Assembly: GCF_030362935.1 (NCBI RefSeq)
Contig: NZ_JAUCDY010000006.1
Location: 58,298-82,297, forward strand
Source: Thiopseudomonas acetoxidans
GTDB taxonomy: Bacteria > Pseudomonadota > Gammaproteobacteria > Pseudomonadales > Pseudomonadaceae
Length of the DNA: 24,000 nucleotides
Direction of reading: 5' to 3'
The notes beneath the pieces were generated by a model. It saw only the letters and a program-made list of their open reading frames with translations. It searched no databases and was not told the DNA's origin. Both the position numbers and the translations under genes were made by a program. Every line of letters begins with the position of its first letter. The stretch's first letter is position 1. Of this stretch, positions 16,581 to 24,000 are shown piece by piece.

Positions 16581-18416
16581 ATGAAAAGAATGTTTTATTC
16601 GAGCCTTGGTTTGGTAGTAGTGGCGCTGACGTTTTTTGTGTTTAACGCGCTTTCGAGCCTGCTATTTAAAGGTGTGCAGCTGGATTTAACCGAGCAAAAA
16701 CTCTACACCCTAACTGAAGGCACACAGCAGCTACTCGCTGGACTCGATGAGCCGATTGAGCTGTATTTCTTTTATTCCAACCAAGCGGCACGCGACATGC
16801 CGCAGGTGCGTCACTATGCGCAACGCGTGCACGAACTCTTGGCTACCTATACCCGCTTGGCAGATGGCAAGCTAAAACTGCACGTGATTGAGCCTGAGCC
16901 TTTTTCAGCACAGGAAGACCAGGCAGCGCAAATGGGTTTGCAAGCGATACCGCTGGCTCAGGGGGAGTCTTTGTATTTGGGGCTGGCAGGTAAAAATAGT
17001 CAGGGTGATGTGCAGAGCATTGCATTTTTTGCCCTTGAGCAAGAAGAGCTGCTGGAGTATGAGCTCAGCCGTATGCTGCATGCATTGTCGCAAACCAGCC
17101 TGCCCGTTATCGGGGTGATGAGTGGACTACAGCTCAATGGCGGCTTCGATATGCTAAGTGGTCAAGCGCAACCGGCTTGGATGGTGATGGAAGAGGTGCG
17201 GCAACAATTTCAAATCGAAAGTATTGCGTTGACGGCCGATGAAATTCCTGAGTCAGTGTCGGTTTTATGGCTTGTGCATCCGCAAAACTTGTCGCCGCCG
17301 ACGCTGTACGCCATTGATCAGTTTGTGATGCGTGGCGGCAAATTACTGGTGTTTGTTGACCCCTACAGTGAGTTTGACACAGGGATGTCGATGGCTGCGG
17401 ATGAGCTGCAAGCACGTGCATCAAATCTGCAGACGCTGTTCGAAGCGTGGGGATTGCGTCTGCGTGATGATGTGGTGGTGGGTGATTCGTTGTATGCGAT
17501 GACGGTCGGTGTGGGTAGTGAGCAGCGTGCGGTACGTCACCTAGGCTGGCTTAACTTGCCGAAACAGGCCCTCAGTGCTGAAGATGTGGTCACGGCGCCT
17601 TTACAAAATATTACGCTAGCGACAGCGGGTGTATTAGAGCCCTTGGAGGGCGCAACAACGCTGTTTACTCCGCTGCTGCAAACCTCCGACAGCGCTATGC
17701 CCTATGCTGCGCGACGCTTTGCTGGTTTGCGAAGCCCGACTGAGTTGCAGGCAGATATGCAGCCTACAGGTGAGCGGTATACTTTGGCGGCACGCATTAG
17801 TGGGCCAGCAAAATCAGCCTTTACGCAGGGTTTAGAAGGGCAATTGCCGGGACTCAAACAAGCCAAGCAAATCCAAGTGCTGGTCGTGGCTGATACCGAT
17901 ATGCTGCGCGATACCATGTGGGTACAGGTGCAGGATTTTTTCGGTCAGCGCTTGCCACAACCTTGGGCAGGCAATGCTAGCTTTGTTGTTAATGCCATAG
18001 ATAACTTGCTCGGTTCTGACGCATTGCTGGGTGTGCGTTCGCGAGCACAGTTTAGTCGCCCCTTTACTCTGGTGGATCGTTTGCGTCGTAGTGCTGAGGA
18101 GCGTTACGCTGAAAAAGAACAGCAGCTGCAGCGTCGCTTGATGCAAGCAGAGCAAAAAATAGCTGAGTTACAAACCGGTGATACTGAGTTGAATGTGTCA
18201 ATGCAGCAACAAGCGACAATACAACAGTTTATGCAGGAAAGATTACAAATCCGCAAAGAATTGCGTGAGGTGCGTTATCAACTTAACGCGGATATTGAAA
18301 GTTTAGGCACTACCGTTAAGGTGTTTAATGTTGCCGTTATGCCTTTTATTCTAACCTTTGCCATGGTGCTGATTGGGCTGCACCGACGGATTCGGCGTAT
18401 GCATACTGAGGCGTGA
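16581..18416 (+). CDS. GldG-family ABC-transport auxiliary protein
   Basis: 611 aa with an N-terminal TM (LGLVVVALTFFVFNALSSLLF). The family-typical N-terminal region is LDLTEQKLYTLTEGTQQLLAGLDEPIELYFFYS. It also has a C-terminal coiled-coil (EKEQQLQRRLMQAEQKIAELQ) and a C-terminal TM. It is the third gene of the ABC operon. Confidence 0.8.
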   Translation: MKRMFYSSLGLVVVALTFFVFNALSSLLFKGVQLDLTEQKLYTLTEGTQQLLAGLDEPIELYFFYSNQAARDMPQVRHYAQRVHELLATYTRLADGKLKLHVIEPEPFSAQEDQAAQMGLQAIPLAQGESLYLGLAGKNSQGDVQSIAFFALEQEELLEYELSRMLHALSQTSLPVIGVMSGLQLNGGFDMLSGQAQPAWMVMEEVRQQFQIESIALTADEIPESVSVLWLVHPQNLSPPTLYAIDQFVMRGGKLLVFVDPYSEFDTGMSMAADELQARASNLQTLFEAWGLRLRDDVVVGDSLYAMTVGVGSEQRAVRHLGWLNLPKQALSAEDVVTAPLQNITLATAGVLEPLEGATTLFTPLLQTSDSAMPYAARRFAGLRSPTELQADMQPTGERYTLAARISGPAKSAFTQGLEGQLPGLKQAKQIQVLVVADTDMLRDTMWVQVQDFFGQRLPQPWAGNASFVVNAIDNLLGSDALLGVRSRAQFSRPFTLVDRLRRSAEERYAEKEQQLQRRLMQAEQKIAELQTGDTELNVSMQQQATIQQFMQERLQIRKELREVRYQLNADIESLGTTVKVFNVAVMPFILTFAMVLIGLHRRIRRMHTEA

Positions 18417-18422
18417 TTGCGG

Positions 18423-18456
18423 AAAAGCTCTGCTGCAGACTGGATTACAGCAGAGC
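18423..18456 (-). terminator. intrinsic terminator for the L,D-transpeptidase gene (also bounds the ABC operon)
   Basis: A perfect 9-bp stem GCTCTGCTG (18427-18435) / CAGCAGAGC (18448-18456) with a 12-nt loop. On the minus strand the stem is followed directly by TTTT (complement of 18423-18426). It sits between convergent stops at 18416 and 18466. Confidence 0.55.
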
Positions 18457-18465
18457 GCCTCTAAA

Positions 18466-18963
18466 TTAAGGACGAATCTCAATCAGCGTGTTGTCTTTAA
18501 CCAACGACCAGACTTCCTGCATGTCGTCGTTGGTGAGCGCAATGCAGCCTTCGGTCCAGTTAAGTGAGCTGAAAAACCACTCAGGATATTCCTCATCGTT
18601 GGGTGTGCCGTGCAGCATAATCATGCTGCCGGGGTTCTTGCCTAGTTGTTGTGCGCGCTCGCGATCTTGTTCATTGGGGTAGGAAATGTTAATCGCCAGA
18701 TTGTAACGCTCGCTGGGTTTACGCCAATCAAGCCAATATATGCCTTCAGGTGTACGCAGATCTCCCTCATAACTTTTAGCCCCATCTTTTTTACCCAGTG
18801 AAACCTTATAGGTTTTTACGATTTCACCTCGATGCATAAGATGCAGTTGGCGTTCAGATTTAATGACAAGCACCTTATCAATAGGCAGTGTTTTTTGACT
18901 GGCAAACGTAGCGGGCAAGAGACAAAAAAACAACATAAAGCATGTAAAAAAGCGAGTCCGCAT
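18466..18963 (-). CDS. L,D-transpeptidase (YkuD) family protein, secreted
   Basis: I start at ATG 18963, which gives the signal peptide MRTRFFTCFMLFFCLLPATFA. The YkuD catalytic region is MLHGTP...NWTEGCIAL (the His ... Gly-Cys motif). Confidence 0.75.
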   Translation of the reverse strand: MRTRFFTCFMLFFCLLPATFASQKTLPIDKVLVIKSERQLHLMHRGEIVKTYKVSLGKKDGAKSYEGDLRTPEGIYWLDWRKPSERYNLAINISYPNEQDRERAQQLGKNPGSMIMLHGTPNDEEYPEWFFSSLNWTEGCIALTNDDMQEVWSLVKDNTLIEIRP

Positions 18964-19223
18964 AAAGCATCCCTTTAGACAAATAAGCAAAACTGGCGGG
19001 ATTTTAAACGCTTTGTGTGCATTGAGTAAGCCCTGAACGCGTGGCATGATGCTAAGGTAGCTCAGAAAGTGCCGTATTTACCCACCCTGTATTCTAAGTA
19101 AGTGGTTGTGTTTATGGGGTGTTTGTTTTTTATGCACATATATTTTGTTAAACGATAGCTTTTTTGGGCAGCTTTCTAGCTGATTTAAATAACTGTATAA
19201 AACATGCGCGTGTGAGATTTTTT

Positions 19224-19829
19224 ATGTTGTTAGACGAGGCAGTTAAACGCATCCAAAGTTACCAGCCTAAACCTATTATTGCAGCACAGAACTTTCCTGA
19301 GGCCGCTGTTTTAATGCCTATTACCCGCAGCCAGACACCCGAGTTAGTGTTAACCCTCAGAGCGCATGGCTTGTCTACGCATGGTGGTGAAGTCGCTTTC
19401 CCGGGTGGCCGGCGAGATCCTACGGATAGCGATCTAATTTTTACCGCTTTGCGTGAGGCACAAGAAGAGGTGGGTTTAGAGCCAAAACTAGTTCAAGTTG
19501 CGGGCTCCTTAAGCCCGCTGGTTTCTCGCCATGGCATTAAGGTTACGCCCTATGTGGGGCTGGTTTCGAGTCAAACGCAGTATCAAGCCAATGCTGGCGA
19601 AATAGCGTCTATATTTACCGTCCCACTTGAGTTTTTTGCATCCGATCCGCGCCACACCACTCACCGAATTGATTACTTAGGGCGCAGCTGGTTTGTGCCC
19701 AGTTATACTTATGCAGACTATAAGATTTGGGGGTTAACCGCTGTAATGGTGGTTGAGTTGGTAAACATTGTGTTTGATTTAAATATTGAATTAAATCAGC
19801 CGCCCCAACTCAGCAAAAAAGAATTGTAA
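19224..19829 (+). CDS. nudL: Nudix hydrolase, CoA pyrophosphatase type
   Basis: Nudix box GGRRDPTDSDLIFTALREAQEEVGL, preceded by the CoA-type motif LVLTLRAHGLSTHGGEVAFPGG. I start at ATG 19224 (MLLDEAVKRI...) rather than the track's TTG 19164. Confidence 0.75.
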   Translation: MLLDEAVKRIQSYQPKPIIAAQNFPEAAVLMPITRSQTPELVLTLRAHGLSTHGGEVAFPGGRRDPTDSDLIFTALREAQEEVGLEPKLVQVAGSLSPLVSRHGIKVTPYVGLVSSQTQYQANAGEIASIFTVPLEFFASDPRHTTHRIDYLGRSWFVPSYTYADYKIWGLTAVMVVELVNIVFDLNIELNQPPQLSKKEL

Positions 19830-19845
19830 ATACTGGGAGTAGCCG

Positions 19846-20373
19846 ATGAAATACCGTTTAGATGAACATTCTGTTGTTGCTGACGAAGACAGTTGGGTTG
19901 CACCCAGTGCTAGTGTGATTGGTAAGGTGCGTTTGGATGCTGGAGCCAGTGTGTGGTTCGGAGCAGTTCTGCGTGGTGATAATGAGCTTATTCATATTGG
20001 CCCGAACAGTAACGTGCAAGATGGCAGCGTGATGCACACAGATATAGGCTGGCCGCTGACTTTAGGTACCGGGGTTACAGTAGGTCATAATGCAGTGCTG
20101 CATGGTTGTACTGTTGATGATTACAGTCTGATTGGGATTAACGCGGTTATTTTGAATGGTGCCAAGATTGGTAAATACTGCATCATTGGCGCCAATACAC
20201 TCATTGGTGAAGGCAAGGAAATTCCAGATGGCAGTTTGGTGGTGGGTTCGCCAGGTCGCGTGGTTCGTCAGCTTACGGACGAGCAAATGAAACGATTAGA
20301 AGCCAGTGCTGAGCACTATGCCAATAATGGTCGCCGCTATCGTCAAGGCCTAATAGAACAAGATGACGCATAA
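19846..20373 (+). CDS. gamma-carbonic-anhydrase-like hexapeptide-repeat protein (YrdA/PaaY family)
   Basis: 175 aa with left-handed beta-helix repeats ([10 protein letters not shown]...[16 protein letters not shown]...[13 protein letters not shown]...[14 protein letters not shown]). Confidence 0.8.
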   Translation: MKYRLDEHSVVADEDSWVAPSASVIGKVRLDAGASVWFGAVLRGDNELIHIGPNSNVQDGSVMHTDIGWPLTLGTGVTVGHNAVLHGCTVDDYSLIGINAVILNGAKIGKYCIIGANTLIGEGKEIPDGSLVVGSPGRVVRQLTDEQMKRLEASAEHYANNGRRYRQGLIEQDDA

Positions 20374-20566
20374 GCCATACGAAAAACCAGTGCCTTCTCC
20401 CTGCGTTAGCATCTGTGCCTTAGACGATAATGAGGTGTGCATAGGATGCCAGCGCACAGGCGATGAAATTATCCGCTGGGGTAAAATGGACAATAATGAA
20501 CGCCGAGCCGTTTTAGCTAGGCTTACACAGCGGGCACAGGCGCAGGGTTTAATCACAGAAGAATAA
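20363..20566 (+). CDS. DUF1289 (YdhL-like) small Cys-rich protein
   Basis: 67 aa with [28 protein letters not shown], typical of DUF1289. It overlaps the upstream gene by 11 nt. Confidence 0.7.
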   Translation: MTHKPYEKPVPSPCVSICALDDNEVCIGCQRTGDEIIRWGKMDNNERRAVLARLTQRAQAQGLITEE

Positions 20567-20576
20567 TGAGGAATAC

Positions 20577-21758
20577 ATGGCCAAAATAGGAACTCCTTTA
20601 TCAGAGACAGCAACGCGCGTATTGCTGTGTGGTGCTGGTGAACTTGGTAAGGAAGTGGCAATTGAGTTACAGCGTTTTGGGGTTGAGGTTATCGCGGTAG
20701 ACCGCTACGCCAATGCCCCTGCGATGCAGGTGGCGCACCGCAGCTATGTCGTTAATATGCTGGATGGCTATGCGCTTAAAGCGGTCATTGAACAAGAAAA
20801 GCCGCAGTATATTGTGCCGGAAATTGAAGCCATTGATACCGCGGCTTTGCTGGATTTAGAGCGTGCGGGCTATACCGTTATCCCAACCGCACGTGCCACC
20901 CAGCTTACTATGGACCGTGAAGGGATTCGCCGCTTAGCAGCCGAAGAATTGGGCTTGCCGACTTCGCCTTTTGTTTTTGCGGATACCTATGAGGATTATC
21001 AAGCGGCGATTGAGCAAATTGGCCTACCTTGTGTGGTGAAGCCCGTTATGAGTTCGTCGGGCAAGGGGCAAAGTGTTATTGCTACAGCCGGTGATATTGA
21101 ACAGGCATGGAATGTGGCTCAGAATGGGGGACGTGCAGGAGCAGGACGTGTCATCGTTGAAGGATTTATTAACTTTGACTATGAAGTTACGTTGCTTACC
21201 GTGCGCCATATCGGTGGCACCAGTTTTTGTGAGCCTATAGGTCATCGCCAAGAGCGTGGTGATTACGTTGAATCATGGCAGCCGCAAGCGATGTCAGCTG
21301 TGGCTTATGCTAAGTCCAAAGATATTGCTCAGAAAGTGACTGACGCCTTGGGTGGGCGCGGTGTGTTTGGTGTCGAGCTGTTTGTCAAAGGTGAGGATGT
21401 TTGGTTTAGTGAGGTTTCGCCACGTCCGCATGATACGGGTTTGGTTACCTTGGTATCACAAGACCTGTCAGAGTTTGCTTTGCATGCACGCGCGATTTTA
21501 GGGTTGCCCATTCCAGCTATACGTCAGAATGGACCCAGTGCATCAGCAGTTATTTTGGTGCGCGGTGTGTCTAAACAAACGGCCTTTGCTCAACTCGGTG
21601 CGGCGTTATCGCGACCTGATACAACGCTGCGTTTGTTTGGAAAACCTTGCGTGGAAGGTGAGCGCCGTATGGGTGTGGTTTTGGCGCAAGCCAGTAGCGT
21701 CGAGCAGGCGCGGCAGAAAGCTGTATTAGCCGCACAAGAAGTGGTGGTTGAGCTGTAG
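20577..21758 (+). CDS. purT: formate-dependent phosphoribosylglycinamide formyltransferase (GAR transformylase 2)
   Basis: 393 aa, collinear with E. coli PurT throughout ([90 protein letters not shown]). Confidence 0.95.
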   Translation: MAKIGTPLSETATRVLLCGAGELGKEVAIELQRFGVEVIAVDRYANAPAMQVAHRSYVVNMLDGYALKAVIEQEKPQYIVPEIEAIDTAALLDLERAGYTVIPTARATQLTMDREGIRRLAAEELGLPTSPFVFADTYEDYQAAIEQIGLPCVVKPVMSSSGKGQSVIATAGDIEQAWNVAQNGGRAGAGRVIVEGFINFDYEVTLLTVRHIGGTSFCEPIGHRQERGDYVESWQPQAMSAVAYAKSKDIAQKVTDALGGRGVFGVELFVKGEDVWFSEVSPRPHDTGLVTLVSQDLSEFALHARAILGLPIPAIRQNGPSASAVILVRGVSKQTAFAQLGAALSRPDTTLRLFGKPCVEGERRMGVVLAQASSVEQARQKAVLAAQEVVVEL

Positions 21759-21763
21759 AGAAT

Positions 21764-23020
21764 TTACTCTTCAAGCCACAGCTTAGCGCAACTGACCCTG
21801 TTATCTTTTATTTCCAGAGTTTCCAAGAAGTACGGGCCGATCTGCATGCAGACGGCTCCTTCTGGAATGCTTTCAAGAATTTCCGTAATTAACCCATTAA
21901 GCGTTTTTGGACCGTCACATGGCAGATCCCAGTCAAGGTTTTTATTGATATCGCGAATATAAGCGGCGCCGTCGATGATATAACTGTTATCTTGATGCGG
22001 CCTGATTTCTGGCTCATTGATGCGGCTATGATCGCTGAACTCACCGACAATTTCTTCTAAGATGTCCTCTAGGGTAATAATACCCTCAACATCACCGTAT
22101 TCATCCACAACAATCCCCATGCGCTTCTTATGCTGTTTAAAGTTAAGCAGCTGAACTGACAAGGGCGTACCTTCGGGAATAAAGTAGGGCTCATTACAAG
22201 CACCCTGAATTACCTCGTGGGTTAATTTGTTTAGCGTCAGCAGGCGCGCGATTTGACGCATGTGCACCACGCCAACGATTTCGTTAATGTTGTCTCGGTA
22301 GACAGGCAAACGTGTATGGGTGGTGGTACGTAATTGCTGCACTATTACATCAATGTTGTTATTGAGATCGATACCGAAAACCTCGTTGCGAGGAATAATA
22401 ATGTCATCGACGGTGACGTTTTCGAGATCCAGAATGCCTAGCAGCATATCTTGACGGTTTTGTGGCAGATCATGCCCAGCTTCTCTAACGACGCTGCGTA
22501 ACTCTTCCGTGGAGAGGGTTTCGGAGGAGCGGTGCTTGGGGTCTATACCTAGCATACGCAAAATAGCGTTGCTGATGCTGCTGGTGAGCCAAACAGCGGG
22601 ATAAAAAACAGTCATCAGCAATGACAAAACGCGACTGGCAGGGAAAGCAATCAGTTCTGGGCGCAGCGCTGCAAATGTTTTTGGGGTTATTTCACCAAAA
22701 ATAAGCAACACAATCGTCAGCCCAGTGGTGGCAATAACAACACCGGCGTCACCCCACAGATCGACCGCGATAACGGTAGCAATAGACGCAGCTAAGATGT
22801 TGACGACGTTATTGCCGACTAAAATGGTACCCAGCAAGCGATCTGGCTTGCCTAGTAAGCGGCTGGCGCGTTGTGCGCCAGGGTTGCCTTCACGGCTTAA
22901 GTGACGCAGCCGATAACGGTTCAGGCTAAGCAACCCCGTTTCTGAGCTAGAGAAAAACGCAGAACAAATAATAAGGAAAATCAGCAAGCCAAGCAGATAG
23001 CCGAAATGCATATCGTCCAC
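21764..23020 (-). CDS. CNNM/HlyC-CorC family transporter (DUF21 + CBS pair + CorC_HlyC), YfjD-like
   Basis: 418 aa with the DUF21 membrane domain (SAFFSSSETGLLSLNRYRLRHL), a CBS pair and a C-terminal CorC_HlyC domain. The start is either GTG 23020 or ATG 23011. Confidence 0.85.
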   Translation of the reverse strand: MDDMHFGYLLGLLIFLIICSAFFSSSETGLLSLNRYRLRHLSREGNPGAQRASRLLGKPDRLLGTILVGNNVVNILAASIATVIAVDLWGDAGVVIATTGLTIVLLIFGEITPKTFAALRPELIAFPASRVLSLLMTVFYPAVWLTSSISNAILRMLGIDPKHRSSETLSTEELRSVVREAGHDLPQNRQDMLLGILDLENVTVDDIIIPRNEVFGIDLNNNIDVIVQQLRTTTHTRLPVYRDNINEIVGVVHMRQIARLLTLNKLTHEVIQGACNEPYFIPEGTPLSVQLLNFKQHKKRMGIVVDEYGDVEGIITLEDILEEIVGEFSDHSRINEPEIRPHQDNSYIIDGAAYIRDINKNLDWDLPCDGPKTLNGLITEILESIPEGAVCMQIGPYFLETLEIKDNRVSCAKLWLEE

Positions 23021-23032
23021 AAGCCAAATGCC

Positions 23033-23833
23033 TCAAGAAGTTAGGATAAATTCACGGACAAGCTTACTGCCAAAATAGGCAAGCATAAGCAAAGAAAAGC
23101 CAGCCAAGGTAAGGCGGATTGCCTTATGACCGCGCCAGCCTAAGCGATGACGACCCCAAAGCAGTACAGCAAAGATAACCCATGCAAGGCTTGAGAGGAG
23201 GGTTTTGTGGGCTAGATGCTGAGCAAAGAAGTCTTCCAAAAACAACCAGCCCGTGAGTAAGGATAGCGATAGCAGTAACCAGCCAGACCACAGGTAAGAG
23301 AACAGTAGGCTCTCCATGGTTTGCAGTGGAGGAAAACTGCGCAACCAAGATGATACCGGGCGCTTGCGTAATTGGCGTTCTTGAATAAGTAAAAGTAAGG
23401 ATTGCACAACAGCAATGCTGATAACACCGTAGGCTAGTACAGAAAAAATGATATGCGCCAGAATGCCGGGCGCTTCATTAATTGGCTGCATGTGCCCATA
23501 AGGTAAAAATTGTGCGCAGGCGATGGTCAGTGCTGCTATGACTTGAATGGGGGCGAGCAGCACATTGAGGGTCAAGTGTTTGTTACAAAGAATAACGAGC
23601 ACCACGATAAAAAGTGCAATCAAGCTGGCCGCATTAAAGAAGCCCAAATGCAGCCCCTGATCGGTCAGCAAGGCTGGAAATAATGCAAATGCATGGCTAA
23701 TGCTGGCTAAAGCGGCAATGCCGATTAACCAAGGTGTTTTGGAGAGCGTGTTCTGCCAGAGCTGCTTGCCAATATAGGAGCTAGAAACGAGATACAGGGC
23801 AATAGCCAATAAACTAAAGGGTAATGTGGACAT
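23033..23833 (-). CDS. YpjD-like inner membrane protein (cytochrome c assembly / CcsA-like family)
   Basis: 266 aa with about 8 TM segments. Pairing with the yfjD-like gene mirrors the E. coli ypjD-yfjD pair, which lies divergent from ffh. Confidence 0.7.
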   Translation of the reverse strand: MSTLPFSLLAIALYLVSSSYIGKQLWQNTLSKTPWLIGIAALASISHAFALFPALLTDQGLHLGFFNAASLIALFIVVLVILCNKHLTLNVLLAPIQVIAALTIACAQFLPYGHMQPINEAPGILAHIIFSVLAYGVISIAVVQSLLLLIQERQLRKRPVSSWLRSFPPLQTMESLLFSYLWSGWLLLSLSLLTGWLFLEDFFAQHLAHKTLLSSLAWVIFAVLLWGRHRLGWRGHKAIRLTLAGFSLLMLAYFGSKLVREFILTS

Positions 23834-24000
23834 AGCGCCTTAATAATATAAAAAACTAGCTGCAGAGTTTGGCACAAATTCGACTTAGGATAAAGAGATA
23901 AGGTGGTCGCATAGGCTGGAAAAGGTTTTATCTGCCAGCATTTTATCGCATTTGCCATGCTGATAGTGAATAACCTTTGACAGAAGTGCAGAGCATCCAT

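Noticed and set aside
19056-19065. GGTAGCTCAG, reminiscent of a tRNA D-arm, in the ldt-nudL spacer
   Set aside because: The flanks provide no acceptor stem, anticodon arm or T-arm (no GTTCGAATC-like sequence), so a cloverleaf cannot be built. Likewise, GGCTCGAACGACTCC at 7638-7652 has no matching T-stem.
1-24000. Search for a novel multi-gene system: a defence island, toxin-antitoxin module, secretion or biosynthetic cluster, mobile element, or CRISPR array
   Set aside because: Every ORF above about 150 aa has a clear housekeeping family assignment with intact motifs. Genes are tightly packed in known syntenic blocks. There are no integrase, transposase or phage genes, no flanking tRNA, no tandem repeat arrays, and no obvious compositional break. 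Claiming a new system here would be unsupported.
23725-24000. 91-aa minus-strand ORF at the right edge overlapping the ypjD-like start
   Set aside because: It overlaps the 5' end of the well-supported membrane-protein gene out of frame and extends into the promoter region, with no supporting features.
23834-24000. Expected a divergent ffh start, since the ypjD-yfjD pair neighbours ffh in E. coli
   Set aside because: No frame near the edge gives an MFxxLTxRL-type Ffh N-terminus with a start codon. The frame reading ..TFDRSAEHP follows a TGA and has no start. The gene, if present, begins beyond the window.

Overview
This looks like an ordinary core-chromosome window from a flagellated gammaproteobacterium. 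Gene order resembles Pseudomonas/Oceanospirillales-type genomes: rluC-HAD-S49 peptidase sits divergent from rne, motY lies beside pyrC, and ybeZ-ybeY-corC-lnt is intact. I call 22 protein genes, one of them truncated at the left edge, and all belong to recognisable housekeeping families: pyrC, motY, sppA-like, HAD hydrolase, rluC, rne, lnt, corC, ybeY, ybeZ/phoH, elbB, priA, a GldA/F/G-type ABC exporter, an L,D-transpeptidase, a CoA-type Nudix hydrolase, a gamma-carbonic-anhydrase-like protein, DUF1289, purT, a CNNM/YfjD-type transporter and a YpjD-like membrane protein. I found no rRNA or tRNA genes, CRISPR array, transposase, integrase, phage genes, or recognisable defence or toxin-antitoxin modules. 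Composition looks uniform by eye. I therefore cannot support a novel multi-gene system here. The observations worth a second look are small-scale. (1) Two related 52-nt leader-like elements bracket priA, each with an SD-like box and a mini-ORF. (2) One of them is a 23-codon uORF with a near-perfect SD whose stop overlaps the ABC ATPase start (ATGA). (3) A hairpin motif recurs in the rne leader and downstream of elbB. (4) The rne 5' and 3' flanks are heavily structured. (5) A good sigma-28-type promoter match lies upstream of motY. All coordinates and alignments were worked out by hand from the sequence. No database search was run.
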